DNA of 48,555 nucleotides. Source: a virus. Position 1 is the stretch's first letter, and every line of letters starts with the position of its first letter. Below, in pieces: positions 7,722 through 15,649 of the stretch. The position numbers and the translations under genes are program-made. The DNA lies in IMG/VR virus record IMGVR_UViG_3300008807_000172, positions 1 through 48,555 of that record; one strand, written 5' to 3'. The notes beneath the pieces are model-generated. The model made no database searches. It saw nothing but the letters and a program-made list of their open reading frames with translations, and was not told where the DNA came from.

Positions 7722-8085
7722 CCTGCCCCTTCGCCTCACGACCGCGGAAGTCTGCAGCCTGGCGCGCAAGGGGCGCAACTGGGTCGCGGCCGAGGTCAGG
7801 GCCGGGCGACTGCCGAAACCGGCGAGCGCCGGCCGCCCCAACGTGTACAATCGCGACGAGGTGTTGCGGGCCCTGGGTCTGCTGGAGTCCGCGTCGCCCG
7901 ATCGCAACCCATGGGACATTGACCCCGATGAGCTCGGTAAAATTCTATCTCGGCCAGTACGTCAGCGTTCGGCGCCGCAAGGACGGAAGCAGCCGCGTGC
8001 TGTTCGAGGTGCCGCCGGCGCGCCGCCCCTCTGGTTGGCCGCCGACAATTCCGCTCCCTCTCGATCGCGCCATCCGGAACGGTAA
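7714..8085 (+). CDS. xis: Excisionase/AlpA-like HTH protein; true 3' end uncertain
   Basis: LTTAEVCSLARKGRNWVAAEVRAGRLPKP...RPNVYNRDEVLRAL; frame stays open 158 nt into the integrase gene. Confidence 0.55.
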   Translation: MADLPLRLTTAEVCSLARKGRNWVAAEVRAGRLPKPASAGRPNVYNRDEVLRALGLLESASPDRNPWDIDPDELGKILSRPVRQRSAPQGRKQPRAVRGAAGAPPLWLAADNSAPSRSRHPER

Positions 8086-9076
8086 CCTGGCCGACGAATC
8101 CGAGGTCGCCGCCATTCGCAAGGATGCGGCCAAGCTGTATGCCCAGCTGACGCAGAACAAGGTCGGAGCCAGCAGGACGCCCGCCGGTTCTCGAAACATC
8201 CGCCAGTTGGTCCGCCAGTGGCAGACATCGTCGGCCTGGAACGATCTCAAGCCGCGCACCCAGAAGGGCTACGAGTGGCTGATCGGCCGCGTCCTGCAGT
8301 GGACCGACGCCATGGGCAATCCCGACCCCACGATGATCGGCAAGGATCACATCGAGGGCTTCCTGCGCACCTTCAACGACCGGCCGACGCTCAAGATCCA
8401 CATGCGCAAGGTCGTGCGCCTGATCATGGAGGAGGCCCGGCATGCGGGCTGGCGCACCGATAATCCTTGCGACCTGATCAAGATCAAGAAGCCCAAGGCC
8501 AAGGTCGGCGTCTGGGAGCAGGCCGACGTCGACCACTACGTCGAGGTGTGCGAGCGCGTCGGTCGCCGATCCATCGCCCTGGTCATCCTGCTGGAATGGG
8601 AGATCGGCCAGCGACTCACGGACGTGCGCGCCTTCCGTCAGGGCGCCGAGTACGACGCCGAGGCCGGCATGTTTCGCTTCGACCAGTCCAAGACCGAGAG
8701 CCGCGTTTCGATCCCCGTTTCCCCCAAGCTGCGCGCCATGCTGAAGGAGGCCGCCGACGGCGCCCTGTTCCTGTTCCGCGACGAGCGCACCGGCAAGGCC
8801 TACACCGAGCAACGCTTGTCCAAGATGTTCGCCGAGGTGCGGGACAACGACAACGCGGAGCGCGAGAAAGGGGGTGTCGCGCCATGGCGCTACCTGGTCC
8901 TCCGATGGCTCCGGCACAGCTGCGTTGTCCAGCTTGCGCGCGCTGGCTGCACCGTGCCCGAGATCGCCGCCATCACCGGCCACGCCCTCTCCTCGGTGAC
9001 CAGCATCCTCGAGTTCTATCTGCAGCGCGACAGCACCGTGGCCGAGAACGCACAGCGCAAACGGGGCCTGATTTAG
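7928..9076 (+). CDS. int: Tyrosine integrase
   Basis: ATG 7928; N-term SVKFYLGQYVSVRRRKDGS; C-term WLRHSCVVQLARAGCTVPEIAAITGHALSSVTSILEFYL catalytic region. Confidence 0.9.
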   Translation: MSSVKFYLGQYVSVRRRKDGSSRVLFEVPPARRPSGWPPTIPLPLDRAIRNGNLADESEVAAIRKDAAKLYAQLTQNKVGASRTPAGSRNIRQLVRQWQTSSAWNDLKPRTQKGYEWLIGRVLQWTDAMGNPDPTMIGKDHIEGFLRTFNDRPTLKIHMRKVVRLIMEEARHAGWRTDNPCDLIKIKKPKAKVGVWEQADVDHYVEVCERVGRRSIALVILLEWEIGQRLTDVRAFRQGAEYDAEAGMFRFDQSKTESRVSIPVSPKLRAMLKEAADGALFLFRDERTGKAYTEQRLSKMFAEVRDNDNAEREKGGVAPWRYLVLRWLRHSCVVQLARAGCTVPEIAAITGHALSSVTSILEFYLQRDSTVAENAQRKRGLI

Positions 9077-9262
9077 GAACCGATGCCGAACGTTTGTCAG
9101 ACGGGCGGCGCGGAATGAGTCTGATGGGTTGGAAAAATGCTAATGAAATCCGCGAGATAGAAGAAACGCTCACTGCTTCATGGGCGGATGAGGCCCATTG
9201 AAATCATTGAACATCGTCAGAAAATGTTGCACATAGCGACTTGAAACGTAAGGGATTGCGAG
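9077..9262. other. Putative attP / integrase arm-site region
   Basis: AT-richer non-coding DNA next to int; GTCWGAYGGG at 9096, 9119 and 9267; 15-mer ATGAGTCTGAYGGGT at 9115 and 9263. Confidence 0.4.
9226..9240. promoter_or_regulatory. Operator-family site GTTGCACATAGCGAC
   Basis: GTNGC-N5-GCNAC pattern 23 nt upstream of ORF 9263. Confidence 0.5.
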
Positions 9263-9436
9263 ATGAGTCTGACGGGTAGAGAGGCAAAAATCTATGGTCG
9301 CCTGTTTGAGATCATCGAGGCAAACTGGGCGGGCGGCGAGGGTGCTGTGGCCGACGCCATCATGCGCGAGTTCGCCCTACGCCCGGTGGCGCAGGGGGTG
9401 GTCGATTCGGAGTCGGGGGAGGTGAAGCGTGGATAG
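9263..9436 (+). CDS. Hypothetical small protein (57 aa, below the track cut-off)
   Basis: Own translation MSLTGREAKIYGRLFEIIEANWAGGEG...; AAGGGA upstream; 8-nt overlap with next gene. Confidence 0.45.
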   Translation: MSLTGREAKIYGRLFEIIEANWAGGEGAVADAIMREFALRPVAQGVVDSESGEVKRG

Positions 9437-9800
9437 GGTTGCTGAAGGTCTCGCTTTTATCGACGCGCTCCCACGGGAAGAGCGGGATGCCTTTCTTGGG
9501 CTGTTTGCCGGAGCGCGTTTTCCGTGGACAATCTACGATAACGGGCGGGGCCCATTCATCGGCAAGGCCGAGTGCGGGTGGGTCGAGGATTGGCGCGGCT
9601 TCTACGCCGAACGCCTTCCAGCCGCCGGCCTGTTCTTCTGGGAGGAAGGCGAAAGCGGCCCTGCCCTTGGCATGGTCCTGAAGGACAACGGCGACTACCA
9701 CACATGGACGCGCATCAACTGCGGACCGACTGAGCTGGGTTGGGGTGTTCGCGAAGCGTGGTGGGACCGGTGGGCCGCAAACGTCGACGACGGAGCCTAA
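9429..9800 (+). CDS. Hypothetical Trp-rich protein (123 aa), cargo gene next to attP
   Basis: GTG start overlapping upstream stop; converges on endolysin stop. Confidence 0.55.
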   Translation: MDRVAEGLAFIDALPREERDAFLGLFAGARFPWTIYDNGRGPFIGKAECGWVEDWRGFYAERLPAAGLFFWEEGESGPALGMVLKDNGDYHTWTRINCGPTELGWGVREAWWDRWAANVDDGA

Positions 9801-10546
9801 CGCCGCCCATTCCTCGCCTTCAGCCACTGGAACACCAGCGCCGCTACGGCCAGCGCCGCGCCGATGATGGCGAGCGTGGCGACGACCTGGCCCAGGGCCG
9901 GGCTCTTGTCGGCGTAGGGCTCGACCGCGTCCGACACGGCCTTGACCGCGACCGGCGCCGTGGCCACCGCGGCCGCGCAGCTGGCGACGAATGACTTGCT
10001 CGTCGGCAACGGCTTCTCCATCGGCGTCGGAGGCGTCTCGATGGCGCGGGTCGTGCTCGACGGCGGGCTCTCGTCCACGCTGCCGGGCTCGTCCGTCGAC
10101 CACAGCTTGACCTCTTCGGCCCGACGCGTGACCAGGCCCGACATCTTGACCTTCTTGCCGGTCTTCGGATCCGTGCCGTAGACGAAGCGGATCAGCTGCA
10201 CCGGCACCTGCTCGAAGGCGCGGGCCTTGAGCACCTTCCAGATCGTCCAGCTCGACACCGCGCCCAGGTTCAGGACGAACGACAGCAGGGCCGCGTACTG
10301 GTTGTCGGTGAGCTCGTCGATCACGGCGCCGGCGCAGGCGCGCAGTTTTCGCGCTGCGTCCTGCAGATCGGCCGCCAGCAGCTCCTCGCCTTTGACCTTG
10401 GGGATCACCCACCCCTTGTGCACGTCCGGCCCGGTGTGGCCCCAGCCGATCGTAAGCTTGCCGGCCGGGCAGATGTAGGCGCGCGAACGCCAGCCCTCGT
10501 GCGCCTTGATGAAGTCGATGGCCTGCTGCGGAATCGGACGAGTCAT
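9797..10546 (-). CDS. GH24 lysozyme-type endolysin with C-terminal transmembrane anchor
   Basis: ATG 10546; FIKAHEGWRSRAYICPAGKLTIGWGHTG; P/S/T linker; C-terminal LGQVVATLAIIGAALAVAALVFQWLKARNGRR. Confidence 0.85.
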   Translation of the reverse strand: MTRPIPQQAIDFIKAHEGWRSRAYICPAGKLTIGWGHTGPDVHKGWVIPKVKGEELLAADLQDAARKLRACAGAVIDELTDNQYAALLSFVLNLGAVSSWTIWKVLKARAFEQVPVQLIRFVYGTDPKTGKKVKMSGLVTRRAEEVKLWSTDEPGSVDESPPSSTTRAIETPPTPMEKPLPTSKSFVASCAAAVATAPVAVKAVSDAVEPYADKSPALGQVVATLAIIGAALAVAALVFQWLKARNGRR

Positions 10547-10752
10547 TTGACGACAATCCCCTTGACGGCGCCGTAGGCCGCGATGGCCAGCACGAGGCCG
10601 ACGACGGCCTTCCACGCGATGGCCCAAACGCCCTTGCCCAGGTCGCTGTAGAAGTTGGTGATGATCTTGCGCTCGAGCGCGTCGGCGATGGCCGCCACGT
10701 CCGCGTCGGTGAGGGTGCGGGTGTCGGGCATCGCTACGCTTTCGGGGGTCAT
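10543..10752 (-). CDS. Putative holin (69 aa, one C-terminal TM segment)
   Basis: VWAIAWKAVVGLVLAIAAYGAV; directly upstream of and overlapping the endolysin. Confidence 0.5.
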   Translation of the reverse strand: MTPESVAMPDTRTLTDADVAAIADALERKIITNFYSDLGKGVWAIAWKAVVGLVLAIAAYGAVKGIVVK

Positions 10753-12152
10753 GCGATCACGACCGCGAACACGAACATCCGGTCGGGGTCGTCCTTGGCG
10801 CCGCTGGTCGTTCGGGTGTCGAAGTAGCCGGTGGTGCTGGTCCGCGTCGGCTTCTCGGTGACGATGCGGGCGTTGTTCGTGTCGAGGCCCGTCTGGACCC
10901 AGAACGCCCAGCTGTTCGCATCGGCGGCGCCGGAGTCGAGCGTGATGGTGAACGTGCCCGAGGACGTGCGTGAGACCGTGAAGCCGTTTTCGTACAGCGC
11001 CGACAGGAAGCCGCCCGTGATCGAGTAGATGCCCACGCAGGTGATGGACTGCCCGGCGCTGACGCCCAGCAGGGCGCGGGCCGCACTGTCACTGGCGGCG
11101 GCCGCAAGCGAGCGGCCAAAGACGGTGAAGTCGGTGAGCGCCGCGGTACCGGCGCCCGTGTAGTAGACCACCTTGTTGGCGGCGCTGGTCAGGCCGGCGA
11201 TGGCGGCGAGGTCGGCGTCGTAGGCCTGGACGTTGCTGCCGATGCCGACGCCCAGTGCAACGCGCCAGGCCGTTGCGTCGACCTCGTCCAGCAGGGTGAG
11301 GGTGAAGGCGCTCGCCGCCACCCCGGCGTAGGCCGTCAGGTTCGCGCTATACGCCTGCACGTTGGACCCGATAGCCAGGCCCAGGTTTGAGCGCGCGGTC
11401 GTGTAGTTGGTGAGGCCGGACAGGTTTTCTGACTTCAGCATGTCACCCGTGCCGGCGCCCGACGGTCCCACCAGCGATACGCCAGACGGCCAGGCGCCGG
11501 CCGCCTTCGGCCCGTAGATCGTCCACGTGTTGGTGTTGATGTAGAACTCGCCGTTCTGGCCGACACCAGAGGTCGGGGCGACGGAACCGTAGCGAATCTG
11601 CAGGCCGTCCGACCCGTTCGCGCCATTCGTCCCGGCGGGCCCAGCCTCGCCGTCCGCCCCGATGAACTCGTCGACATGGTACAGCGTGATCTCGCCGGAG
11701 TCGTCGAAGCCTACCAGGTGGTCGGCTCGATCGCTGGACCCCGCCAGGCTGCCGTTGAGGTCGCCGAACGGCATCAGCAGCGTGCGCCGCAGGTCGCGCT
11801 TGGCGTCCTGAATGATGGCCATCAGGCGGTCGAGCTCGGCGTCGATGTCCTTGACGGGCACCGTGGCGGCCGGCGCGAAGTCGGTCGTGCGCGTCGGCGC
11901 GATGTCACGCCAGACGATGACCTCGCAATTCTCCACCTCCTCGTTCAGCGTCACAGACCCGCCGTCGTAACCGCTGTCGATCAGCGTGCCCGAGAAGGTG
12001 AACGCCTCCTGCGCGATCTCGTCGCCGTCGATGGACACGCGCAGGTCGGCCTTGGAAAAAATCGAGAAGGTGAAGGGGAACGGGCCCGCGCTCGCGGTCG
12101 TCACCGAGAACGGCGCATAGGTCGTCTCGTCGGGGATCGTAAGGTTGGCCAT
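10749..12152 (-). CDS. Tail fibre protein with collagen-like G-X-Y stretch
   Basis: Start moved to ATG 12152 (MANLTIPDE); GADGEAGPAGTNGANGSDG; repeated IGSNVQAY(S/D)A(N/D)L units. Confidence 0.7.
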   Translation of the reverse strand: MANLTIPDETTYAPFSVTTASAGPFPFTFSIFSKADLRVSIDGDEIAQEAFTFSGTLIDSGYDGGSVTLNEEVENCEVIVWRDIAPTRTTDFAPAATVPVKDIDAELDRLMAIIQDAKRDLRRTLLMPFGDLNGSLAGSSDRADHLVGFDDSGEITLYHVDEFIGADGEAGPAGTNGANGSDGLQIRYGSVAPTSGVGQNGEFYINTNTWTIYGPKAAGAWPSGVSLVGPSGAGTGDMLKSENLSGLTNYTTARSNLGLAIGSNVQAYSANLTAYAGVAASAFTLTLLDEVDATAWRVALGVGIGSNVQAYDADLAAIAGLTSAANKVVYYTGAGTAALTDFTVFGRSLAAAASDSAARALLGVSAGQSITCVGIYSITGGFLSALYENGFTVSRTSSGTFTITLDSGAADANSWAFWVQTGLDTNNARIVTEKPTRTSTTGYFDTRTTSGAKDDPDRMFVFAVVIA

Positions 12153-12182
12153 GACCGCACGAAACGTGAGCGGCGAGCATTG

Positions 12183-12193
12183 CTCAACGCACG
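12183..12193 (-). promoter_or_regulatory. Late box CGTGCGTTGAG (copy 7)
   Basis: Exact 11-mer about 30 nt upstream of tail-fibre ATG 12152. Confidence 0.6.
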
Positions 12194-12221
12194 CCCGTTG
12201 CCGATGGTGGCGACCTTTGAT

Positions 12222-12632
12222 ATGCAACCATGGATGGACGACACGCGGAACTCAGCGCAAAAGGAGACGCCTGCCTGGTTGACGCTGGCGGGAGTCGTGC
12301 TGATCTTTCTGACCATGGCGGTTGGGGCAAAACTCGCTGGCCCCTACATCAATTTTCCGGCCGCGGGTGACCGCACGACGGTCTTGGTACCCCCTTGGGA
12401 CGACACCATTCTTCCGGTCGATCGGGCCGGAATGTGGTGCGCCAAACAGGGCGGAATCGCGAAGTTCCGCAAGATCGAGCGGAGCGGCGGATGGCGCTAC
12501 GACTGTGTTCCGGTTGCGCGACCGGTTCCCGTCGGCCTGACGATTCTCAACTATGCAATGACCGCTATCGCTCTGGCTGGAGCCCTGATTGTGATCGCCA
12601 ATTTTCTGTTGGCCGGGAAGTCACGAGCGTGA
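12222..12632 (+). CDS. Membrane protein (136 aa, two TM segments), gene inserted opposite to tail genes
   Basis: ATG 12222; WLTLAGVVLIFLTMAVGAKLAG and GLTILNYAMTAIALAGALIVIANFLLAG. Confidence 0.55.
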   Translation: MQPWMDDTRNSAQKETPAWLTLAGVVLIFLTMAVGAKLAGPYINFPAAGDRTTVLVPPWDDTILPVDRAGMWCAKQGGIAKFRKIERSGGWRYDCVPVARPVPVGLTILNYAMTAIALAGALIVIANFLLAGKSRA

Positions 12633-12636
12633 GTCG

Positions 12637-12834
12637 GTGAGGCTCGCCTGGCTTGTGGTGCTCGCGAGCGCGATGGCTACGGCCGCCGGCGCTCAAACGG
12701 GCCCGGTCGCCACCGTGCCGGACAACAGCGACGTCTTGACGGCGCTCGCCGTGATCGCGCTCATCGCTGGCGGAATACTGCTGGTCGCCCTGTTCGAGCC
12801 GTGGACCTGGGGAAAGAAGAAGCGGCGCAAGTAG
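12637..12834 (+). CDS. Small secreted/membrane protein (65 aa)
   Basis: GTG start; signal-like MRLAWLVVLASAMATAAGA; C-terminal TM and KKKRRK tail. Confidence 0.5.
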   Translation: MRLAWLVVLASAMATAAGAQTGPVATVPDNSDVLTALAVIALIAGGILLVALFEPWTWGKKKRRK

Positions 12835-15282
12835 CTACCGCTCCGTCCGCCAGGTCTCGATCAGCGTCTTGTAGTGGCTGGCCAGCAGGGCGTCGCCCGC
12901 CGGCGTCAGGTGCACGTAGTCAGGCTTGAGGTAGTAGGTGGTGTCCACCGTACCTGTGCCTGTGGCCCCACCGGCGCCCGTCACGTTGGTGGTGTCGTTG
13001 ACGTCGAACATGCCGGTGTTGCCGCTGGCGAAGTGCCAGACGCGACCGGGGTGCGCGGCCGCGTAAGCCGCCATCTGCGAGCGGATCCACAGGTTGTTCG
13101 CCTCGGTGAAGCGGTTGGCGCAGGGCAGCACGTCAACCAGCAGGAGGTCGGCGCCGGTCGCCAGAACCGGGTCGTAGATCAGTCGAACATAGTCGTCCCA
13201 CACGCGCTGGCGGTCCAGTTCCACGAACGGCGCATCGTTGGTGTAGCCGCGAATGGCCAGGGCAACCGGGTTGCCGTCGGTCACCGCGTTGTTCAGGGTC
13301 GGCAGAAGGTAGTTGAGCTGCGGCACGAAGCCGCCTGTCGTCATGTCGACGTTGAACGCCCCGACCGTGCCGTCATAGACGCCCCGCCCGCCGACTGCTT
13401 GCTGGTCGATCCAGGCGTTCGGACCCGGCGACATGTATCCATTCGCCGTCAGGACATAGGTGTAGTCGTTCGTCGCCCGCACGTCGTTGGAATCGCCGAT
13501 CATGGCGATCACCTCGCGATTGCCGAGCGTTCCGCCGGCCGTCACGAAGTCAGCGTACATCTTGCGCACGGCGGCGAAGATTTCGTCCTGGGTGAGCAGG
13601 CGGTCATAGACGATGGCCGCAGCCACCTCCATGTCGTTGCGGAAGCTGGTTCCGGTGATCAGTCGCGTCGACGGGTACGACCCGACGCGGAATCCACTGT
13701 AGCTCTGCGGGAAAGTCACGGCCGACGTGCGGACGCGCAGGGGGTACTTGTCGACCCCATACTCGTGCATGCCGTTGGAAATGCGCTGCCAGACCGCGAC
13801 GTAGCCGCGACCGATCAGGTTGACGCCATGATCCGCGAGGTTGTGGTTCGGCTGGACGTAGAGGTAGCCCTCCTGTCCAGACAGATCGGCGCCAAGGGCG
13901 CCGGTCGCGATGGAGCTCGAGGCCGTCAGGCCGCCGTCGCTGTCGTTGGCCAGGATGACCGCAGGCGTCCCCGTGCCGGCGCCACCATTGACCTTGACCA
14001 GGGCAAGGCGCGTCGTCCCGCTGGTGAACGTCTTGGCAAGCGGTGCAGTGCTGTAGCGACCGATCAGGCCGTCCGAGACGCCACCGGTCCCGAGCATGTT
14101 GAAGCCCAGGCCATCCAGAACCACGCCGTTCGTGGTCCGCGTGCCCCTGCTGAGAACGTCGCCCCAGCGCTGGCTGGCGATGGACGAGAACGCCGCATCG
14201 CTGGCCTTGCGGACGCGGATGTAACCGACCTTCAGATTGACGAAGGCGGTGATCGTGTTGCTGCCGATGTTCTGCGAGGTGTCGACGGTGTAGGTTCCCG
14301 TGCCACCAGTGCCGGTGCCCAGCGCAGTGATCTTCGTGCCGCTGGTGATTGGCGAGGTGAGAGCCGCGCCGGTCGCGGGCCCGCTCGCGTTGGCGCTCAT
14401 GGTGTAGGTGCCGGTGCCACCCGTGCCCGTGCCGAAAGACAGGATCGTCGTGCCGGCAGGGATGCCCGTGCCCGATACCGGGGCCCCAACCACAAGGGCG
14501 CCGGACGTGACTGTGGCGACAGTCAGCGTTGGCGATCCGCTGGTCACATTGTGCGTGCCGACGAACCCGTTGCCGCTGATCGTGGAACCGACCAGGACCG
14601 TTCCAGATGCAACAGCCGAGACCGTCAGGGTCGTTCCGCTGATCGAGCCGGTGACACTGGCCGACGTAGCATCCGCCGTCGCGTCGGGCAGGATCTGAAC
14701 GACCTTCGCCGTGTCGTTGGTGAACGTCCAGTTGAACTTGCAGGCTGCCGTGTCGGGCGTGGTGAAAGCGACCGTTCCCTCGTCCGGCACCGCAACGGTC
14801 TTGTAGTGGGTGTTCAGCGTCCCGGTCATGCCGATGCGGTAGTTCTTGGACCCCGTACCGGCGGCCGTGACCATCGAGACTTCCATCTCGTACTGGACAC
14901 CGCTCTCGAAATCGAAGGTGCTGGAGCCGACGATCTGCCAGGTGTGGCTGGTCGCGCCGAAAACCATGATGGCCGCGGTACCGGCGCCCAGCGGGCCGTC
15001 GGCGGAAAAGCGCGTGATCGCGGGGTTCGTGACCGAGCCGTCAGTGCGAAACTCACCTGCGCCGTAGGTGTTGCGCAGGGGCGTGTATGCTGTCGCCAGA
15101 TGATCCGGCACATAGGCGCCACTGTCGGCGGCCTCCCACATGTAGTACCAGGCCGTTGGCGTGTCTGGCATGGCCGGCGCGGCTGGCGGCGGCGTCGAGA
15201 TCGCCGGTAGTCCGATTACCGAGGCGATGGGGCTGACGATCGGCGAATAGATCGTGGACTGGAAAAGGCCGCGCAGGGGCAT
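12835..15282 (-). CDS. Tail fibre/tailspike with C-terminal SGNH/GDSL esterase domain
   Basis: VIAMIGDSND (block I), GYTNDA (block III), DYVHLTPAG (block V); internal GTGTGGTGTYT repeats. Confidence 0.7.
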   Translation of the reverse strand: MPLRGLFQSTIYSPIVSPIASVIGLPAISTPPPAAPAMPDTPTAWYYMWEAADSGAYVPDHLATAYTPLRNTYGAGEFRTDGSVTNPAITRFSADGPLGAGTAAIMVFGATSHTWQIVGSSTFDFESGVQYEMEVSMVTAAGTGSKNYRIGMTGTLNTHYKTVAVPDEGTVAFTTPDTAACKFNWTFTNDTAKVVQILPDATADATSASVTGSISGTTLTVSAVASGTVLVGSTISGNGFVGTHNVTSGSPTLTVATVTSGALVVGAPVSGTGIPAGTTILSFGTGTGGTGTYTMSANASGPATGAALTSPITSGTKITALGTGTGGTGTYTVDTSQNIGSNTITAFVNLKVGYIRVRKASDAAFSSIASQRWGDVLSRGTRTTNGVVLDGLGFNMLGTGGVSDGLIGRYSTAPLAKTFTSGTTRLALVKVNGGAGTGTPAVILANDSDGGLTASSSIATGALGADLSGQEGYLYVQPNHNLADHGVNLIGRGYVAVWQRISNGMHEYGVDKYPLRVRTSAVTFPQSYSGFRVGSYPSTRLITGTSFRNDMEVAAAIVYDRLLTQDEIFAAVRKMYADFVTAGGTLGNREVIAMIGDSNDVRATNDYTYVLTANGYMSPGPNAWIDQQAVGGRGVYDGTVGAFNVDMTTGGFVPQLNYLLPTLNNAVTDGNPVALAIRGYTNDAPFVELDRQRVWDDYVRLIYDPVLATGADLLLVDVLPCANRFTEANNLWIRSQMAAYAAAHPGRVWHFASGNTGMFDVNDTTNVTGAGGATGTGTVDTTYYLKPDYVHLTPAGDALLASHYKTLIETWRTER

Positions 15283-15587
15283 CAGCGGCTCATCCGATAC
15301 GCGACCGTGCCGCTGCTGAAGCTGGTGCAGTTAAGCCGCCAGGAGACGCCGGCCTCGGTTTCTTCGCAGGCCAGGCTAATCGGCTGGTCCATGACCATCG
15401 GGGCCATGTCGACGCCGGCCACCGGAATCCAGGTCGTGCCGCCATCGAAGCTGCGCTCGACCTGGACGTCCGCCTCGAACGTCCCCGAGACCGAGACATT
15501 GAACCTGCCACGGCGCAGCTGTGCCGCCGGCATGAAGCTGTCGCTGGTCTGGCCAGCGGCCGTGAAGCTACCTTCGACAGTCGACAA
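15282..15587 (-). CDS. Small late protein, paralogue A (101 aa)
   Basis: TTG start with AGGAG upstream; clearly alignable to 31409..31708 (GSFTA.GQ, FNVS.SGTF, ERSFD.G.TW, RLNCT..SSGT..YR). Confidence 0.65.
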   Translation of the reverse strand: MSTVEGSFTAAGQTSDSFMPAAQLRRGRFNVSVSGTFEADVQVERSFDGGTTWIPVAGVDMAPMVMDQPISLACEETEAGVSWRLNCTSFSSGTVAYRMSR

Positions 15588-15637
15588 GGGGGCACTCCTG
15601 CAATTGCCGGAGCACCGTGCGGGGCACGGCGGATAGC

Positions 15638-15648
15638 CTCAACGCACG
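15638..15648 (-). promoter_or_regulatory. Late box CGTGCGTTGAG (copy 6)
   Basis: Exact 11-mer 1 nt after the stop of the 1230-aa gene, 50 nt before TTG 15587. Confidence 0.6.
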
Positions 15649-15649
15649 C

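Noticed and set aside
7649-7927. N-terminal extension of the integrase ORF (475-aa version)
   Set aside because: The extension is Arg/Pro/Cys-rich and overlaps the well-formed 7368..7721 and Xis ORFs. The ATG at 7928 gives a typical integrase N-terminus.
12874-15210. 778-aa plus-strand ORF
   Set aside because: It is antisense to the SGNH tail-fibre gene, has junk-like composition and has no start context.
10749-15282. Diversity-generating retroelement acting on the tail fibres
   Set aside because: No reverse transcriptase gene and no template/variable repeat pair was found near either fibre gene.
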